Below, one piece after another: positions 62,503-64,000 of a stretch of 64,000 nucleotides of DNA. Each line of letters begins with the position of its first letter. The stretch's first letter is position 1. Source of the stretch: Antedon mediterranea (Eukaryota > Animalia > Echinodermata); assembly GCF_964355755.1 (NCBI RefSeq), contig NC_092679.1, forward strand, positions 22,551,432-22,615,431, in the 5' to 3' direction. Under the pieces are notes generated by a model. The model was given only the letters and a program-made list of their open reading frames with translations. It was not told where the DNA came from and ran no database searches. The translations under genes were made by a program, and so were the position numbers.

Positions 62503-62994
62503 GTATAATGAACAGGCCCTTAATAAGGGCTGTTCAGACTTGCATAGTTATGATTTTTATTAAACGTATAAGGGCCTTTTCAGACCTACAGTAGTTATGG
62601 TTTTTAGTATGGTATAAGGGCCTGTGTTCAGACCTACAGATTAATAGTTTTGTATCGTATGAGACATACAAATTTTAGTAGATTAGTGGAAGCTACCTCT
62701 ATGACACTGAAATTTCATTTGCTACGAAAGCTCAAGGTAAAGATTAGTGTACAGTACGATGCTTACGATACAAAATTTGCGTATAGATTTTTTTTTCTCC
62801 CAAATCACAAATACATTCAAAATCCTGTCTGTGGGATTAGCCTCATGGTCAACCATACCACACCTAGTTTCCACAAATAATTATTACCTTGATTTTGATT
62901 ATTACATAGTTAATAGCATGGAGGTATAAAAACGATACCTCCATTAAATACCTCATAATTAAAGTTATCACCATTCATTACTGATGATTGATTG

Positions 62995-63049
62995 AATTAG
63001 TTCAATCAGGGAAGAGTGAATAATTCACTCTTCCCTGATTGAACTAATT
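62995..63049. repeat. Perfect 27-bp inverted repeat with 1-nt spacer
   Basis: AATTAGTTCAATCAGGGAAGAGTGAAT-A-ATTCACTCTTCCCTGATTGAACTAATT. Confidence 0.95.
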
Positions 63050-64000
63050 AAAGATACTGTAGGCCTACTGTTAACTAATGAATACATCAATCAATCTAGA
63101 ATGTGATTGGTTAGTTATTATTTCATACTATATTAGTTTTTAATATTACCATGTATGCTTTGTTTATTCAATGTAAACATGGAAAGTAAACATTATAAAC
63201 TGATAAACACTCTTCATTTTATTACCACCATTATCATAATATTGTGTTATTGTCACTTATTTTATTAGTAATAAAAACTACAAACAAATGAATAAGGATT
63301 ATTGAATTTAATTTAAATAATTATATAAAATAACTAATTATTTTACTATAGACCCCGTATAAACATTAATGGTGTCTAGTGCTGTAAAATACTGTCTATT
63401 TTTCACTAGTCCACTGGGCACAAAGAAAGTTATATAGTTTTGTTCAGACTGCCTTATGTCTTAGGTAAAGTTATGCTCTGTCTACACTAATAATCAACCT
63501 AGTTTGACAAAAAAAAATAATCTACTTTTGGAATATTGTGTTTAAATTTGGAATCCATATTTTCAAAAACACTAGCCCCTGTCTACACTATCAAACTACT
63601 TTGACAATCATTTGGACACATTACATTTTTTTGTCACATTAAGGCTTTACTCTCGCATGGAGGGGCAATGATATATTATGTTTTCACACTACAGCCAGAT
63701 TCCTATTAAATGGGCACTCCTATTAATGGAACACTTTATTGGTACCAAAAGTGTCCCCATAATAGAGGTTCTATTAGTATTTAATGTGGAGACTCTACAA
63801 CTAATGACAGTATTTCTACCCCATTTGTTGACTTTCGGTTGAACAGTCCATTTATGGTGCCATCTTGTGTCTATGCCAACCATATTGAGGCAATATGTTT
63901 AAATGGCTTTGACACTGACAGTGAGTTTGTATATTTAAATTAACCATACGTTCCAGATTGTTTCATATTCACAATATGGCATATCTAATTTCATATCTGC

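Overview
Eukaryotic, AT-rich, intron-dense genomic DNA from an invertebrate metazoan (probably a marine deuterostome; the taxon is inferred). Manual splicing gives nine protein-coding genes: 3' end of POLE2 (+), complete amnionless AMN (-), an unrecognised two-exon gene (+), DCAF5 (+), CHP1 (-), NUP133 (+), PDCD2 (-), a divergent cytochrome b561 gene (+) and the first two exons of ERO1 (+). CHP1 intron 1 holds an intact BEL/Pao LTR retrotransposon (1988-aa Gag-Pol, 555-bp LTRs identical by eye, CTAAG target duplication) with an atypical TG...TA end and no visible tRNA primer site. Also present: a young 5'-truncated CR1-group LINE, L2 and SINE remnants, a Kolobok-type element, several MITE families, long hairpins and minisatellites. 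Best leads: the priming, splicing and read-out of the BEL element; a candidate ZNF143-type internal promoter inside AMN; a recurrent CTCF-like promoter 12-mer; a hairpin family with conserved ends but different stems. I found no convincing evidence of a wholly new multi-gene system.
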